From contig OY968762.1 of NCBI GenBank assembly GCA_963695225.1, positions 32,001-96,000 of the forward strand: a stretch of 64,000 nucleotides of DNA. Direction: 5' to 3'. The translations under genes and the position numbers were made by a program. This stretch comes from Vulcanimicrobiota bacterium (GTDB lineage: Bacteria > Vulcanimicrobiota > Vulcanimicrobiia > Vulcanimicrobiales > Vulcanimicrobiaceae). This document shows positions 43,856 to 53,845 of this stretch, one piece after another; position 1 is the stretch's first letter; every line of letters starts with the position of its first letter. The notes under the pieces are model-generated. The model did no database searches, was not told where the DNA came from, and saw only the letters and a list, made by a program, of their open reading frames with translations.

Positions 43856-44245
43856 TTGATGCCTGCTCTGCTCGATCGCTATCTTCTCGGCGAACCCGTC
43901 TCCAAGCCCGTCCTCGTAGCCGGCCTGCTCGCAGAACGCTCGCCCTTGCCGGCGGCGGCGCCGTTCTACCGGGCGCTCGAAGCCGTCGGCGTCCGCGCCG
44001 CCGACGAGGCGTTCATCGCCCTCCGCCTCGTCCTCGCGGGCAAGGAACCGAGCGACGATGCCGTCCGGCACTTGCGGGCGCTCGCCGCGTTGGCGCGTGC
44101 GTCGGCGCAAAACGACGCCGGCGCCGTCAAGACGCTGCTCGGCAAGGGGGGCGCGCCGCTCGATCTCGCACACCCGGCCGAACCGTTCGACGGTGCGGCC
44201 TACGGCGCGGCGGTCCGGGCGGCGTACGAGCGCGCGCTTGTCTAG
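43856..44245 (+). CDS. Hypothetical protein
   Basis: ORF in operon context with host-like codon usage. Confidence 0.6.
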   Translation: MMPALLDRYLLGEPVSKPVLVAGLLAERSPLPAAAPFYRALEAVGVRAADEAFIALRLVLAGKEPSDDAVRHLRALAALARASAQNDAGAVKTLLGKGGAPLDLAHPAEPFDGAAYGAAVRAAYERALV

Positions 44246-44336
44246 CGAGCTTCGGCGCGGCCTGAGCCTCGCCGCCGGAGATGAGAACGGCTCCCAGTGG
44301 AACGCCTGCGAGCTCAACTCGCGTTACAAGAGCGAA

Positions 44337-44741
44337 ATGCGCGCAGTTTGGATGACTCTTGCCACGATCGCCGTTGTCGGCGCGCTCGGCGCGGCGCCCG
44401 CGCCTGCGGCAAACGCTGCTCCCACTGCCTCGCCGATGGTCTCCTCGCCGTTTCGCAGCTTCATCGGGGCCGACGAACGCGGCGAGAGGGCAGTTCGCTC
44501 GCGGAATGCCGGAACGATCGAGGGCGTCGTGACGGGCGTCGATTACCGCCGGGGGATCATCACGCTGCAATCGCCGGGCCGCGGGAAGCTCGAGTTCGTG
44601 GTCCTGCCCAGCACCACGTTCGAAGGGCGAAACAACAGCGATTTTCAAGCGTTCTCCGACGTCGTGCGGGGCGAGAAGGTCGAGATTCTCGCGAGCCAGC
44701 GCGCCGATTTCCTCATCGCGCAGGTCGTCCGCCTGAAATAG
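44337..44741 (+). CDS. Exported small beta-barrel (OB-fold-like) protein
   Basis: Signal peptide; IEGVVTGVD...GEKVEI. Confidence 0.6.
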   Translation: MRAVWMTLATIAVVGALGAAPAPAANAAPTASPMVSSPFRSFIGADERGERAVRSRNAGTIEGVVTGVDYRRGIITLQSPGRGKLEFVVLPSTTFEGRNNSDFQAFSDVVRGEKVEILASQRADFLIAQVVRLK

Positions 44742-44794
44742 CCGCGCGCTCCGGCGCGCATGACTTGTCGAGCGCGCTCGCGTACGTAACGCAC

Positions 44795-46342
44795 GTGCCC
44801 GGCTCCACGATCGAAAGTCTCGCCGCGCGCGTTCTCTGCGTGGGGTTCGAGGGTGCAACGCCGGGCGATGCTCCGTTGGCGGAACTCGCCGCGCTTGCGC
44901 CCGCCGGCGTGATCTTGTTCGCGCGCAACGTCGTCGACGCGGCTTCGACGCGCGCGCTCGTGGAGTCCGTCGTCGCGGCGCTCGGCGCCGATCTGCCGCC
45001 GCTCGTCGCCGTCGATCAGGAGGGCGGGCGCGTCGCGCGCTTGCGGCGCGGCGTAACCGAGATCCCCTCGATGATGGCGCTCGCCGCCGGCGGGGATCTC
45101 GCGCTTGCGGAACGCGCCGGCGCGCTCGTCGCGCGCGATCTGCGCCGCGCGGGGGCGAACGTCGCGCTCGCGCCCGTCGTCGACCTCGCGCTCTACCCCG
45201 AAAACCTCGCGATCGGCGCGCGTTCGTTCGGCGACGATCCGCAGCGGGTCGCAGCGTTCGGCGCGGCGCTCGTGCGCGGGCTCGAAGCGGGCGGCGTCGC
45301 GGCGACGCTCAAGCATTTCCCCGGGCACGGCGCGACCCGCGACGATTCGCACCTCGGCCTTCCGCGCCTCGACAGCAGCGGCGCGACGCTGCGCGCGCGC
45401 GATCTCGTCCCGTTCGCGGCGGGCATCGCCGCCGGCGCGCGCTGCGTTCTCAGCGCGCACGTCGTCGTCCCCGCGCTCGATCCGGACCACCCCGCCACGC
45501 TCTCGCCCGCGCTGCTGACGAGGCTCTTGCGCGAAGAGCTCGGCTTCGCCGGCGTCTGCTTCACGGACGCGCTCGATATGGAGGCGATCGCGCGCGGCGC
45601 CGGCACCGTGCGCGGCGCGGTCCTCGCGCTCGCCGCGGGCGCCGATTGCGCGCTGATCTGCCATTCGCTCGAACTCGCGCGCGAAGCGCGCGCCGCGATC
45701 GCTGCGGCGGTCGCAAGCGGCGAAATCCCGGAGGCCCGCTTGCGGGAAGCCGCGGGCCGCGTTGACGCACTGCGCGCCGGCCTCGCGGGCCCGCTCCCGC
45801 TCGCGGACGGCCCGCGCGCGGAGGATCGGGAGCTTGCGCTGCAAGCCGCCCGGGCCGCCGTCACGCGCGTCCGCGGCCGGTTGACGCTCGAAACAGGCCG
45901 CCCGGTCACGATCGTCTCGTTCGAAGGGGCGACGACCGAGGGGGCGCAGGGCCTCCACGCGGAGCATCCGGCGCTGAACCTGCCGCTGCGCGAACGGCGC
46001 GTGCGCGCGGAGCAGATGCGCGTCCCGCTCGATCCCGCCCCCGGCCTCATCGACGAACTCTTTGCGGTGCTCGCCTTGCAGGCTCCGCGCGAGCTCGCGA
46101 TCCTCTCGCGGCGCGCCCACGTCTACCCCGGTCAACGCGCCGCGATCGGGCGATTGCTCGATCGCTTCCCCGATGCGTTGCTCGTCTCGGCGCGCGAACC
46201 GTTCGATCTCGCCTGCTTCCCCGAGGCGCGCAACGCCGCATGCACCTACGGCGACGAAGCGATCAGCCTCGAAGGCCTGGCGGACGTGCTCGCGGGCCGC
46301 GCCGCGGCGAACGGCCGCCTGCCGGTCGCGCTCGCGCGATGA
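44795..46342 (+). CDS. nagZ: GH3 beta-N-acetylhexosaminidase
   Basis: AVDQEGGRV, KHFPGHG..DSH, TDALDM. Confidence 0.92.
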   Translation: MPGSTIESLAARVLCVGFEGATPGDAPLAELAALAPAGVILFARNVVDAASTRALVESVVAALGADLPPLVAVDQEGGRVARLRRGVTEIPSMMALAAGGDLALAERAGALVARDLRRAGANVALAPVVDLALYPENLAIGARSFGDDPQRVAAFGAALVRGLEAGGVAATLKHFPGHGATRDDSHLGLPRLDSSGATLRARDLVPFAAGIAAGARCVLSAHVVVPALDPDHPATLSPALLTRLLREELGFAGVCFTDALDMEAIARGAGTVRGAVLALAAGADCALICHSLELAREARAAIAAAVASGEIPEARLREAAGRVDALRAGLAGPLPLADGPRAEDRELALQAARAAVTRVRGRLTLETGRPVTIVSFEGATTEGAQGLHAEHPALNLPLRERRVRAEQMRVPLDPAPGLIDELFAVLALQAPRELAILSRRAHVYPGQRAAIGRLLDRFPDALLVSAREPFDLACFPEARNAACTYGDEAISLEGLADVLAGRAAANGRLPVALAR

Positions 46343-47361
46343 CGGCCGCCGATGCGCTCCTCCGGGCCGCGTGCTTCCGGCGCTTCACGGCCGCGGTGCT
46401 GCGCGTCGAACTGCACGGCCGGGCGATCTTCGAACGCGCCTACGGCGCGCTCGAAGAAGGCGCGGCGCCCCCGGCCGAGGTGACGACGCGCTTCGATCTC
46501 GCTTCGCTGACGAAGGTGATCGTCGCGAGTGCCGCGCTCGACCTCGTCGCGCGCGGCCGGCTCGCGCTCGACGCTCCGCTCGGCGACCTCCTCGATGAGT
46601 GGCGCGGCGACCGGCAGAAGGCGCGCATCACGCCGCGCATGCTCCTCGCGCACACGTCGGGGATGAACTCGGGCGCCGATTACCGGACGCTCTTCCGCGA
46701 GAACGTCGCGCGTTTCGCGTTGGCGCGGCCGCTCGTTTCGGAACCCGGCGAGCGCGTGCTCTACAGCGATCTCGGATTCATCGCGCTCGGAATCGCCTTG
46801 GAACGTGCGGTGGGCCTCGGGCTCGAAACGATCGTCGCAGGCTTCGCCGCGGCGCTCGGCCTCGAGGCGACGGGCTTCCGGCCGCGCCCGGACGCAGCGA
46901 TCCCGCCCACGGAATGCGACGCCTGGCGCGGCCGCGTGCGCGCCGCCGTGCACGACGAGAAAGCCTATCTCATGGGAGGCGTCTCGGGGCATGCCGGGCT
47001 CTTCGGCACCGCGTTCGACGTCGCGCGCGTCGCGGACGCAACCCTCGCGCCGCTCTGCGGGCGCGGCGAGCGCGGCCTCCCGGCAGCGCCGGCGCGCGAG
47101 GCCGTCCGGGAATGGGGTGCCGATCCGGTGCTCCGGCGCGGCCTCGGGTGGGCACTGCGGACGACGGACGAGAACTCGTGCGGCATCGTCCTCTCCCGCG
47201 AATCGTTCGGGCATACCGGGTTCACGGGGACGTCCGTCTGGGCCGATCCGAGACGGGATCTCACCGTTGTCTTACTCACGAATGCGGTTTACTATGGGCG
47301 GAACGACTTGCGTGACGTTCGTGCCGCGGTCTGCGATGCCGTTGCCGGGGAGGTAAGCTAG
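46339..47361 (+). CDS. Serine hydrolase (beta-lactamase/AmiE-like)
   Basis: FDLASLTK, LLAHTSG, YSD, GHTGFTG. Confidence 0.9.
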   Translation: MTAADALLRAACFRRFTAAVLRVELHGRAIFERAYGALEEGAAPPAEVTTRFDLASLTKVIVASAALDLVARGRLALDAPLGDLLDEWRGDRQKARITPRMLLAHTSGMNSGADYRTLFRENVARFALARPLVSEPGERVLYSDLGFIALGIALERAVGLGLETIVAGFAAALGLEATGFRPRPDAAIPPTECDAWRGRVRAAVHDEKAYLMGGVSGHAGLFGTAFDVARVADATLAPLCGRGERGLPAAPAREAVREWGADPVLRRGLGWALRTTDENSCGIVLSRESFGHTGFTGTSVWADPRRDLTVVLLTNAVYYGRNDLRDVRAAVCDAVAGEVS

Positions 47362-48507
47362 GTGCGCGCTGTGGGCGTCATGTCCGGGACTTCACTCGAC
47401 GGCATCGACGTCGCGATGCTCGAGCTGCTCCCGCGCGGGAACGGCTACGGCTTCATCTTGCTGCGCGGCGCGACGGTTCCGTTCGCACCCGAGCTGCGCG
47501 AGCGACTGTTCGCGGCGTTGCCGCCGAACGAACCGCCGCCCCGCACTGTCGCCGCGCTGGATCGCGATCTCGGCAGCGCGATCGGCGAGGCGATCGTGCA
47601 GGTCGCCAAAGGCGAACCGATCGATTTCGTCGCGAGCCACGGGGTGACGCTCTACCACGACGGCAACGAGCGGACGAGCGTGCAGATCGGCGATCCGTTC
47701 GTCATCCGCGAACTCGTGCAGGCCACGGTCCTCTCCGATTTCCGCCGGGCAGATTGCGCCGCGGGCGGTCACGGCGCGCCGCTCGTGCCGTACGTCGACG
47801 CGTTGCTGTTCCGCGACGAACGCGATACGGTCGCGCTCAACGTCGGCGGGATCGCGAACCTCGCGATCGTTCCGCGCGGTTCCAAGAGCGACGACGTGCG
47901 CGCGTGGGACACCGGCCCCGGGAACATCCTGATCGACGCCTTCGTGCGGCAGCGCAGCGGCCTGCCGTACGATGCGTTCGGCGAGGCGGCGGCGCGCGGA
48001 ACCGTCGATCGCCCGCTCCTGTTCGCGATGCTGGCCGATCCGTTCTTCCAGCAGCGGCCTCCGAAATCGACGGGACGCGAGCGCTTCGGCCAAGCGTTTC
48101 TCGATCGCTTCGAGCCGGAGCTGGCGAAACTCAGCGAGGACGACGGGTGCGCGACGTTGCTGGCGCTCACGCTCGAACCGATCGTCGCCGCGATCATCGA
48201 CGAAGCGCCGCGCAACGCGCGCGTGATCGTCAGCGGCGGCGGCGCGCGGAATCGCGAGTTCGTGCGCCAGCTGGCGGAGCGGCTGCCGGGGCGCTCGATC
48301 GAGCGCCCCGAAGATTCCGGGATCGACGGCGACCTCAAGGAGGCGATTTCGTTCGCGATCATCGGCTACGAGACGCTGCGCGGCTTCGCGGCCGTCCTCC
48401 CGCGCGTCACCGGGGCGCGGCATGCGAGCCTGCTCGGGACGATTGCGCCGCACGCGCTCTACGAGCTGTACGCGAAAATCTCGCGCGAAGCGAACGAGAA
48501 CGAATGA
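47362..48507 (+). CDS. anmK: Anhydro-N-acetylmuramic acid kinase
   Basis: GVMSGTSLDGID, GAPLVP, DTGPGN, PKSTGRE. Confidence 0.95.
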   Translation: MRAVGVMSGTSLDGIDVAMLELLPRGNGYGFILLRGATVPFAPELRERLFAALPPNEPPPRTVAALDRDLGSAIGEAIVQVAKGEPIDFVASHGVTLYHDGNERTSVQIGDPFVIRELVQATVLSDFRRADCAAGGHGAPLVPYVDALLFRDERDTVALNVGGIANLAIVPRGSKSDDVRAWDTGPGNILIDAFVRQRSGLPYDAFGEAAARGTVDRPLLFAMLADPFFQQRPPKSTGRERFGQAFLDRFEPELAKLSEDDGCATLLALTLEPIVAAIIDEAPRNARVIVSGGGARNREFVRQLAERLPGRSIERPEDSGIDGDLKEAISFAIIGYETLRGFAAVLPRVTGARHASLLGTIAPHALYELYAKISREANENE

Positions 48508-49421
48508 CGGCGCGGCTCACGCTGGGGATAGACGCGGGCGGGACCTCGACGGTCGCGGCGCTCGCACGCGAGGGCGGGTTCGAAGGCACGCTGCGCGGCG
48601 GCCCGGCGAACCCGACGACGCGCGGCATCGAAGCCGCGGCGGCGACGATCTACGCGGTCGCCGCCGAACTTCTGGAGGGCGTCGCGCCCGCCGCGGTTTA
48701 CGTCGGAGCGGCCGGCGCCGGGCGGGCGGAGGTCGCGGCCGGGTTGCGGCTGGAGCTCGCGAAGCGCTTCCCCGGAGCGCGCATCCGGGTCGGCGACGAC
48801 GCGCTCATCGCGCTGCGCGCGGCGATCCCGGAAGGGCCGGGCGTCGCGCTCGTCGCCGGAACGGGCTCGATCGCATACGCCGAAAACGGCGACTCGCACG
48901 CGCGCGTCGGCGGAGCCGGGTACCTCCTCGGCGACGAGGGTTCCGGATTCGCGATCGGGCTCGCCGCTGCGAAGCTGCTCTCGCGCGTCTACGACGGCCG
49001 AGCGCGCGCCGACGAGACGACGGAACTCGTCGCGCTTGCGCTCGCCGCGCCGAACCGCGATGCGTTGCTGGCCGCACTGTACGGGCCCGAGTTCGACGTC
49101 GCGCGGATCGCCGCGCTCGCCGCCGGCGTGATCGCGCTCGCGAGCGAGGGGAATCGCGCCGCGACGAAGATCGCGCAGTCCGCCGCCTCCGATCTCGCCG
49201 ATCTCGTGAAGGCGGCCGCGCAGCAAGCCGGTCTCGCCGAAGCGAGCCCGACGGTCGCCTTGACCGGCGGGCTGCTGCGCGAGAACAGCCTGCTATCGTT
49301 CCTGCTCGAAACGCGCGTCGCGGGCGACCTGCCCGGCGTTTCGATCCTGCGCCTCGCCGACGCGCACGACGCTCCGGCTCGCGCCGCGTTGCGGCTGGCG
49401 CAGGCGCTGCTCGAGGAATGA
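48504..49421 (+). CDS. BadF/BadG-type N-acetylglucosamine/MurNAc kinase
   Basis: GIDAGGTST, AGTGS, LGDEGSG. Confidence 0.88.
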   Translation: MTARLTLGIDAGGTSTVAALAREGGFEGTLRGGPANPTTRGIEAAAATIYAVAAELLEGVAPAAVYVGAAGAGRAEVAAGLRLELAKRFPGARIRVGDDALIALRAAIPEGPGVALVAGTGSIAYAENGDSHARVGGAGYLLGDEGSGFAIGLAAAKLLSRVYDGRARADETTELVALALAAPNRDALLAALYGPEFDVARIAALAAGVIALASEGNRAATKIAQSAASDLADLVKAAAQQAGLAEASPTVALTGGLLRENSLLSFLLETRVAGDLPGVSILRLADAHDAPARAALRLAQALLEE

Positions 49422-50308
49422 GCGGCGAGCATCTCCCCGCGACCGAATCGGCGAACGAAGCGACGCGCGGCCTCGACACGCTCGAAACGCAGCGCCTCGT
49501 CGCGGCGATCGTCGGCGACAACGCGGGCGCGCTCGCGGCCGTGCAGCGCGCGAACGATGCGATCGCCCGCGCCGTCGAGGCGATCGTCGCGCGCCTGAGC
49601 GCCGGCGGCCGCTTACACTACGTCGGCGCGGGGACGAGCGGCCGCCTCGGCGTGCTCGATGCCTCCGAATGCCCGCCGACGTTCGGGACGCCGCCCGAGC
49701 TGCTGCAGGGGCACATCGCGGGCGGCGCGCCCGCGCTCGTGCGCGCCGTCGAGGGCGCCGAGGACGACGCGGAGGCCGGCGCGAGCGAGATGCGCGCCGC
49801 GGTTCTGGCGACGGACGTGGTCGTCGGCATCTCGGCGAGCGGCGGGGCGCCCTACGTCGTCGCCGCGCTCGCCGCGGCGCGCGCGCTCGGCGCCGTGACG
49901 GTCGGGATCGCGAACGATCCGCAGGCCCTCATCCTGCGCGAGGCGGATTACGCGATCGTCTTGGAAACGGGCCCCGAGGTCCTCGCCGGTTCCACGCGCT
50001 TGAAGGCGGGGACGGCGCAGAAGATCGCGCTCAACGCGCTCTCGACGGCGGCGATGGTCCGGCTCGGGAAGACGTACGACAACTTGATGGTCGACGTCGT
50101 AGCGTCGAACGAAAAGCTGCGCCGCCGCGCGCTCCGTCTCGTGAAGACGCTCGTCGGCTGCGACGACGCGGCTGCAGCGGAATTATTGCGCCGCGCGGAC
50201 GGGAGCGTGAAGGCCGCGGTCGTCGCGGGGCGCTGCCGGCTCGATATCGAGAGCGCGCGCCGCCGCCTCGCGAATGCGGGCGGCTCGCTGCGCGCCGCGC
50301 TCGAGTGA
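49418..50308 (+). CDS. murQ: N-acetylmuramic acid 6-phosphate etherase
   Basis: GAGTSGRLGVLDASECPPTF, GSTRLKAGTAQK. Confidence 0.95.
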   Translation: MSGEHLPATESANEATRGLDTLETQRLVAAIVGDNAGALAAVQRANDAIARAVEAIVARLSAGGRLHYVGAGTSGRLGVLDASECPPTFGTPPELLQGHIAGGAPALVRAVEGAEDDAEAGASEMRAAVLATDVVVGISASGGAPYVVAALAAARALGAVTVGIANDPQALILREADYAIVLETGPEVLAGSTRLKAGTAQKIALNALSTAAMVRLGKTYDNLMVDVVASNEKLRRRALRLVKTLVGCDDAAAAELLRRADGSVKAAVVAGRCRLDIESARRRLANAGGSLRAALE

Positions 50309-50379
50309 GCGCAGCGCAGACCAGGCGGCTCCGGGCGCTTGCGCCAATAGGCTTGCCGGGAAAGAAGGAGGTATCGCCC

Positions 50380-50763
50380 GTGCGTCCTTTCACGACGAGC
50401 CTGAGGCTCGCGGCGTCCGCCGCGTTCGCGCTCGCAGCGGCTGCAGGCGCCGTGGCGGCGCCGCCGTCGGAGACCGAGAGCATCCCGCCGGGCGGCTCGT
50501 ATCACGATTGCCACGGCTACGTGCAGCACGTCTCGCTCGAGAACATCCGCGTGCACTGCATCGACGGCGTCGCGAAGGACCTCTCGTTCCTGAGCTGGCC
50601 GAAGTTCGTCAATCTGCCTTCCGGGCAGACGGAGCAGACGAAGTCGTTGAAACCGGGGACGCCCGTGCACGTCGTCTTCTCGCAGTCGCTCGGCGTGCGG
50701 CACGCTTACAAGATCTACGTCGCCGACCCGCAAGGGCACGGGCTCTACGGCTTCAAGAGCTGA
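50380..50763 (+). CDS. Exported small hypothetical protein (OB-fold-like)
   Basis: AAGGAGG RBS, signal peptide, LKPGTPVHV. Confidence 0.65.
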   Translation: MRPFTTSLRLAASAAFALAAAAGAVAAPPSETESIPPGGSYHDCHGYVQHVSLENIRVHCIDGVAKDLSFLSWPKFVNLPSGQTEQTKSLKPGTPVHVVFSQSLGVRHAYKIYVADPQGHGLYGFKS

Positions 50764-50770
50764 GCGTTCC

Positions 50771-52375
50771 GTGAGCGTCGCAGCTCGAGCCGCCGGCGCG
50801 TTCGCCGCGCTCTGCGCCCTCCTCGGTCCGGCGTGGGCCTGCGCGCCGGCGCGGGCGGCGGCGGCGCCCGCGCCGCCCGCGCCGGTCGCATTCGTCCCGC
50901 TCGACGACCGCCCGGTGACCTACCAGCTGCCGCGCATGCTCGGCGCGCTGGCCGGCATCCCCGTCTTGACGCCGCCCCGCGCGAGCCTCGGGCGCTATCT
51001 CGAAGCGGGGGACCCCGATGCGATCCTGCGCTGGCTGGGTTCGGCCGAGACGGCCCGGGCCGGCGCCGTCGTCGCGTCGAGCGACATGCTGGCGTATGGA
51101 GGCCTCGTCGCTTCGCGGACGCCGCAGACCGCCGAAACCGACGCGCTCGTGCGCCTGCGGGCTCTCGCGGAGCTGCGCGCGGCACGGCCGGAGCAGCGCT
51201 TCGACGTCTTCGGCACGGTCATGCGTTTGGCGCCGACCGGCGTTCCGGATGCCGGCGCGGCGCGCGGCTACTGGGCGACGGGCGCTACCGTCGACGCGCT
51301 CCAGGCGTACGCGAACCTCCCCGATCCGCCGCAGACCGTCGCCGACCGGGAAAAGGCCGCGCGGTTGCGCGCGCAGATCGCGCCGGCGACGCTCGCCGCG
51401 TACCTCGGGTCGCGGGCGCGCAACCGGAGCGTCGATCTCTTCGTGCTGCAACTCGCGGCGGAGGGCTCGTTCGCGCACGTCGTGCTCGGCCAGGACGACG
51501 CGGGCCCGCAGGGCCTGCACTTGCGCGATCTCGCCGCGCTGAATTCAGCCTTGCGCGCGTGGGGCTTGCAGGATCGCGCCTCGATCGAGCCGGGCGCCGA
51601 CGAGCTCGGCATGGTCCTCGTCGCGCGCGCCTTCGCGCGCGACGCGAATTGGGTGCCGTCCGTGCGCGTCGTCTATTCGCGCCCGGGCGCCGCGCGCGTC
51701 TCCGACCGCCTCGAATACGTTCCGATCGACGTCACGATCTCGCGCTTGATCGCGGCCTGCGGGGGGCGCCGCGTCGAGAGCGGCGCGGATCTCGATTTGT
51801 ACGTTCGCGTCGCCGAGAACGACGCGGCCGAAGAGGCCGCGTTCGCGGATGCGCTCGTCGGTGCGGTCGGCGCCGGGCATTCCGTCGCGGTCGCGGATCT
51901 GACGTTCCTGAACGGGTCGAGCCCGAGCGAGGAACAGCAAGCGCTCGTGAAGACGCTGCTGGAGCGCGGGATCGCGGCGCGTCTCGATGCGTTCGCTTCG
52001 TGGAACACGACGGCGAATACGGTCGGCACATCGCTCGCGGCCGCGATCGCCGCGGGAAGCGGGCGGCGCCTCGGGACCTATGCGCCCCGCGCCCACGCGC
52101 AGTTCATGCTGGACCGGTACGCCGACGACTACTCGTTCCACCAGTTCGTGCGCCCCGAGCTCAACGAGGAGTTGCGCGCCGCGGGCGCCGACACGACGCT
52201 GCTCCTCCCGCAGATCGCGCGGGAAGCCGCCTCGCGCAACCGCGCCCGCCTTTGGCCGCAGGCGCTCGCGCTGTTGCGGGCGCTCTATCCCGACGACCGC
52301 GATGCGGGTCTGACGATCACGCTTCCGTGGGACCGCACGTTCGAGACGCAACTCGACGTTCGGCTGGCGGGCTGA
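50771..52375 (+). CDS. DUF4127 family protein
   Basis: VPLDDRP, DMLAYGGLVASR, GQDDA, PGADE, SWNTTANTVG. Confidence 0.85.
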   Translation: MSVAARAAGAFAALCALLGPAWACAPARAAAAPAPPAPVAFVPLDDRPVTYQLPRMLGALAGIPVLTPPRASLGRYLEAGDPDAILRWLGSAETARAGAVVASSDMLAYGGLVASRTPQTAETDALVRLRALAELRAARPEQRFDVFGTVMRLAPTGVPDAGAARGYWATGATVDALQAYANLPDPPQTVADREKAARLRAQIAPATLAAYLGSRARNRSVDLFVLQLAAEGSFAHVVLGQDDAGPQGLHLRDLAALNSALRAWGLQDRASIEPGADELGMVLVARAFARDANWVPSVRVVYSRPGAARVSDRLEYVPIDVTISRLIAACGGRRVESGADLDLYVRVAENDAAEEAAFADALVGAVGAGHSVAVADLTFLNGSSPSEEQQALVKTLLERGIAARLDAFASWNTTANTVGTSLAAAIAAGSGRRLGTYAPRAHAQFMLDRYADDYSFHQFVRPELNEELRAAGADTTLLLPQIAREAASRNRARLWPQALALLRALYPDDRDAGLTITLPWDRTFETQLDVRLAG

Positions 52376-53391
52376 TGAGCGCGTTCGACGTCAAGTCGAT
52401 TCCGGCGTCCCAGGGGCCGCTCTGCCGGATCTATTCCGGCGGAGGGCAGTTCAGCGAACTTGCCGATCTCAGCCGCATCAGCGAGATCCTCGTCGAACCG
52501 GACGCGTTCGTCTGGCTCGACGCGGTCGATCCGGACGAAAGCGATCTAGCTTTGATGCAGGAGGAGTTCGGGCTGCATCCGCTCGCGATCGAGGATGCGG
52601 TCAAGGCGCATCAGCGGCCGAAGATCGAGGCCTACGACAGTTACTGGTTCGTCGTCGTGCACGCCGTCACGAAGGCGGCGGACGGCGAGCTGACGGTCCA
52701 CGAGATCGCGATCTTCGCGGGGGCCAAGTTCATCATCACCGTTCGCGACGAGCCCGCCTATCCGCTCGACGAGATCGAGCGCCGTTGGCACGGCCCGCAC
52801 GGCGCGATGCGCAGCGACAGCGGCGCGCTGTTGTACACGATCCTCGACACCGTCGTCGACGGCTATCTCCCCGTCGCCGACGCGCTCGCCGAGCGCGTCG
52901 AGGAGCTGGAAGAGGCGCTATTCGCAGAGCGGCTGCGCAAGCGCGACATCCTGCTCGAGATCTTCGAATTGAAGAAGCAGGTGCAAGCGTTCCGCCGCTC
53001 CGTCGTCCCGATGCGCGACCTGCTCACGCCCATCATCCGCGGGGATCTCCAGCTCTTCGATCCGAGGGAGATCGCCTATTATCGCGACGTGTACGATCAC
53101 TCGGTACGCGCGATCGAGCAGATGGATGCCGCGCACGATCTCGTCACGAGCGCGCTCGAGATCCAGATCTCGATTTCCGCGGCCCGCCAGAACGAAGTCG
53201 TCAAGCAGCTCTCGATCATCGCGACGATCTTCTTGCCGCTCAGCTTCATCACGGGCTTCTTCGGGCAGAACTTCGGCTATCTCGTCAACCACATCGAGAG
53301 CGCGCCGGCCTTCTGGTTCGCGGGCGTCGGCTTGCAGCTCGTCGCGCTCGCGGCCCTCCTCGGCTACTTTCGCTTCAAACGCTGGTTCTGA
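52375..53391 (+). CDS. corA: CorA family Mg/Co transporter
   Basis: HPLAIED..QRPK, FLPLSFITGFFGQNF. Confidence 0.9.
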   Translation: MSAFDVKSIPASQGPLCRIYSGGGQFSELADLSRISEILVEPDAFVWLDAVDPDESDLALMQEEFGLHPLAIEDAVKAHQRPKIEAYDSYWFVVVHAVTKAADGELTVHEIAIFAGAKFIITVRDEPAYPLDEIERRWHGPHGAMRSDSGALLYTILDTVVDGYLPVADALAERVEELEEALFAERLRKRDILLEIFELKKQVQAFRRSVVPMRDLLTPIIRGDLQLFDPREIAYYRDVYDHSVRAIEQMDAAHDLVTSALEIQISISAARQNEVVKQLSIIATIFLPLSFITGFFGQNFGYLVNHIESAPAFWFAGVGLQLVALAALLGYFRFKRWF

Positions 53392-53404
53392 TTCGGGCCG
53401 CCCG

Positions 53405-53845
53405 CTACTGCTTGGGCTTTCGCGCGGGCTGGCAAAGCTCGATGAGGACGCCGCCGGTCGCCTTCGGGTGCAGGAATGCGATCTCGTTCCCGTGCGCTCC
53501 GCGGCGCGGCGTCTCGTCGATCAGGCGGACGCCGGCCGCCTTGAGGCGCGCGAGCTCCGCCACGAGGTCGCCGACGCGATAGGCGGTGTGATGGAGCCTC
53601 GTGGGCGCGTCGCCGCGGAAACGCGCGATCGGGGAGTTCGGATCGAGCGGGAAGAGCAGCTCGATCATCGATTCGCCGGCTTCGAGCCCGACCGTTTCTA
53701 TGCCCTGATCGGCGACCGTCTCGCGGAAGACCTCCCGAAATCCGAGCGTCTTGACGTAGAGGTCGACGGCCGCTTCGAGATCGGCGACGACGATCGCGAC
53801 GTGGTCGATCGCGTAGCCGTTACCGAACGTCAGCGCCCCGCTCAC
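53405..53845 (-). CDS. mce: Methylmalonyl-CoA epimerase
   Basis: [30 protein letters not shown]. Confidence 0.92.
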   Translation of the reverse strand: MSGALTFGNGYAIDHVAIVVADLEAAVDLYVKTLGFREVFRETVADQGIETVGLEAGESMIELLFPLDPNSPIARFRGDAPTRLHHTAYRVGDLVAELARLKAAGVRLIDETPRRGAHGNEIAFLHPKATGGVLIELCQPARKPKQ

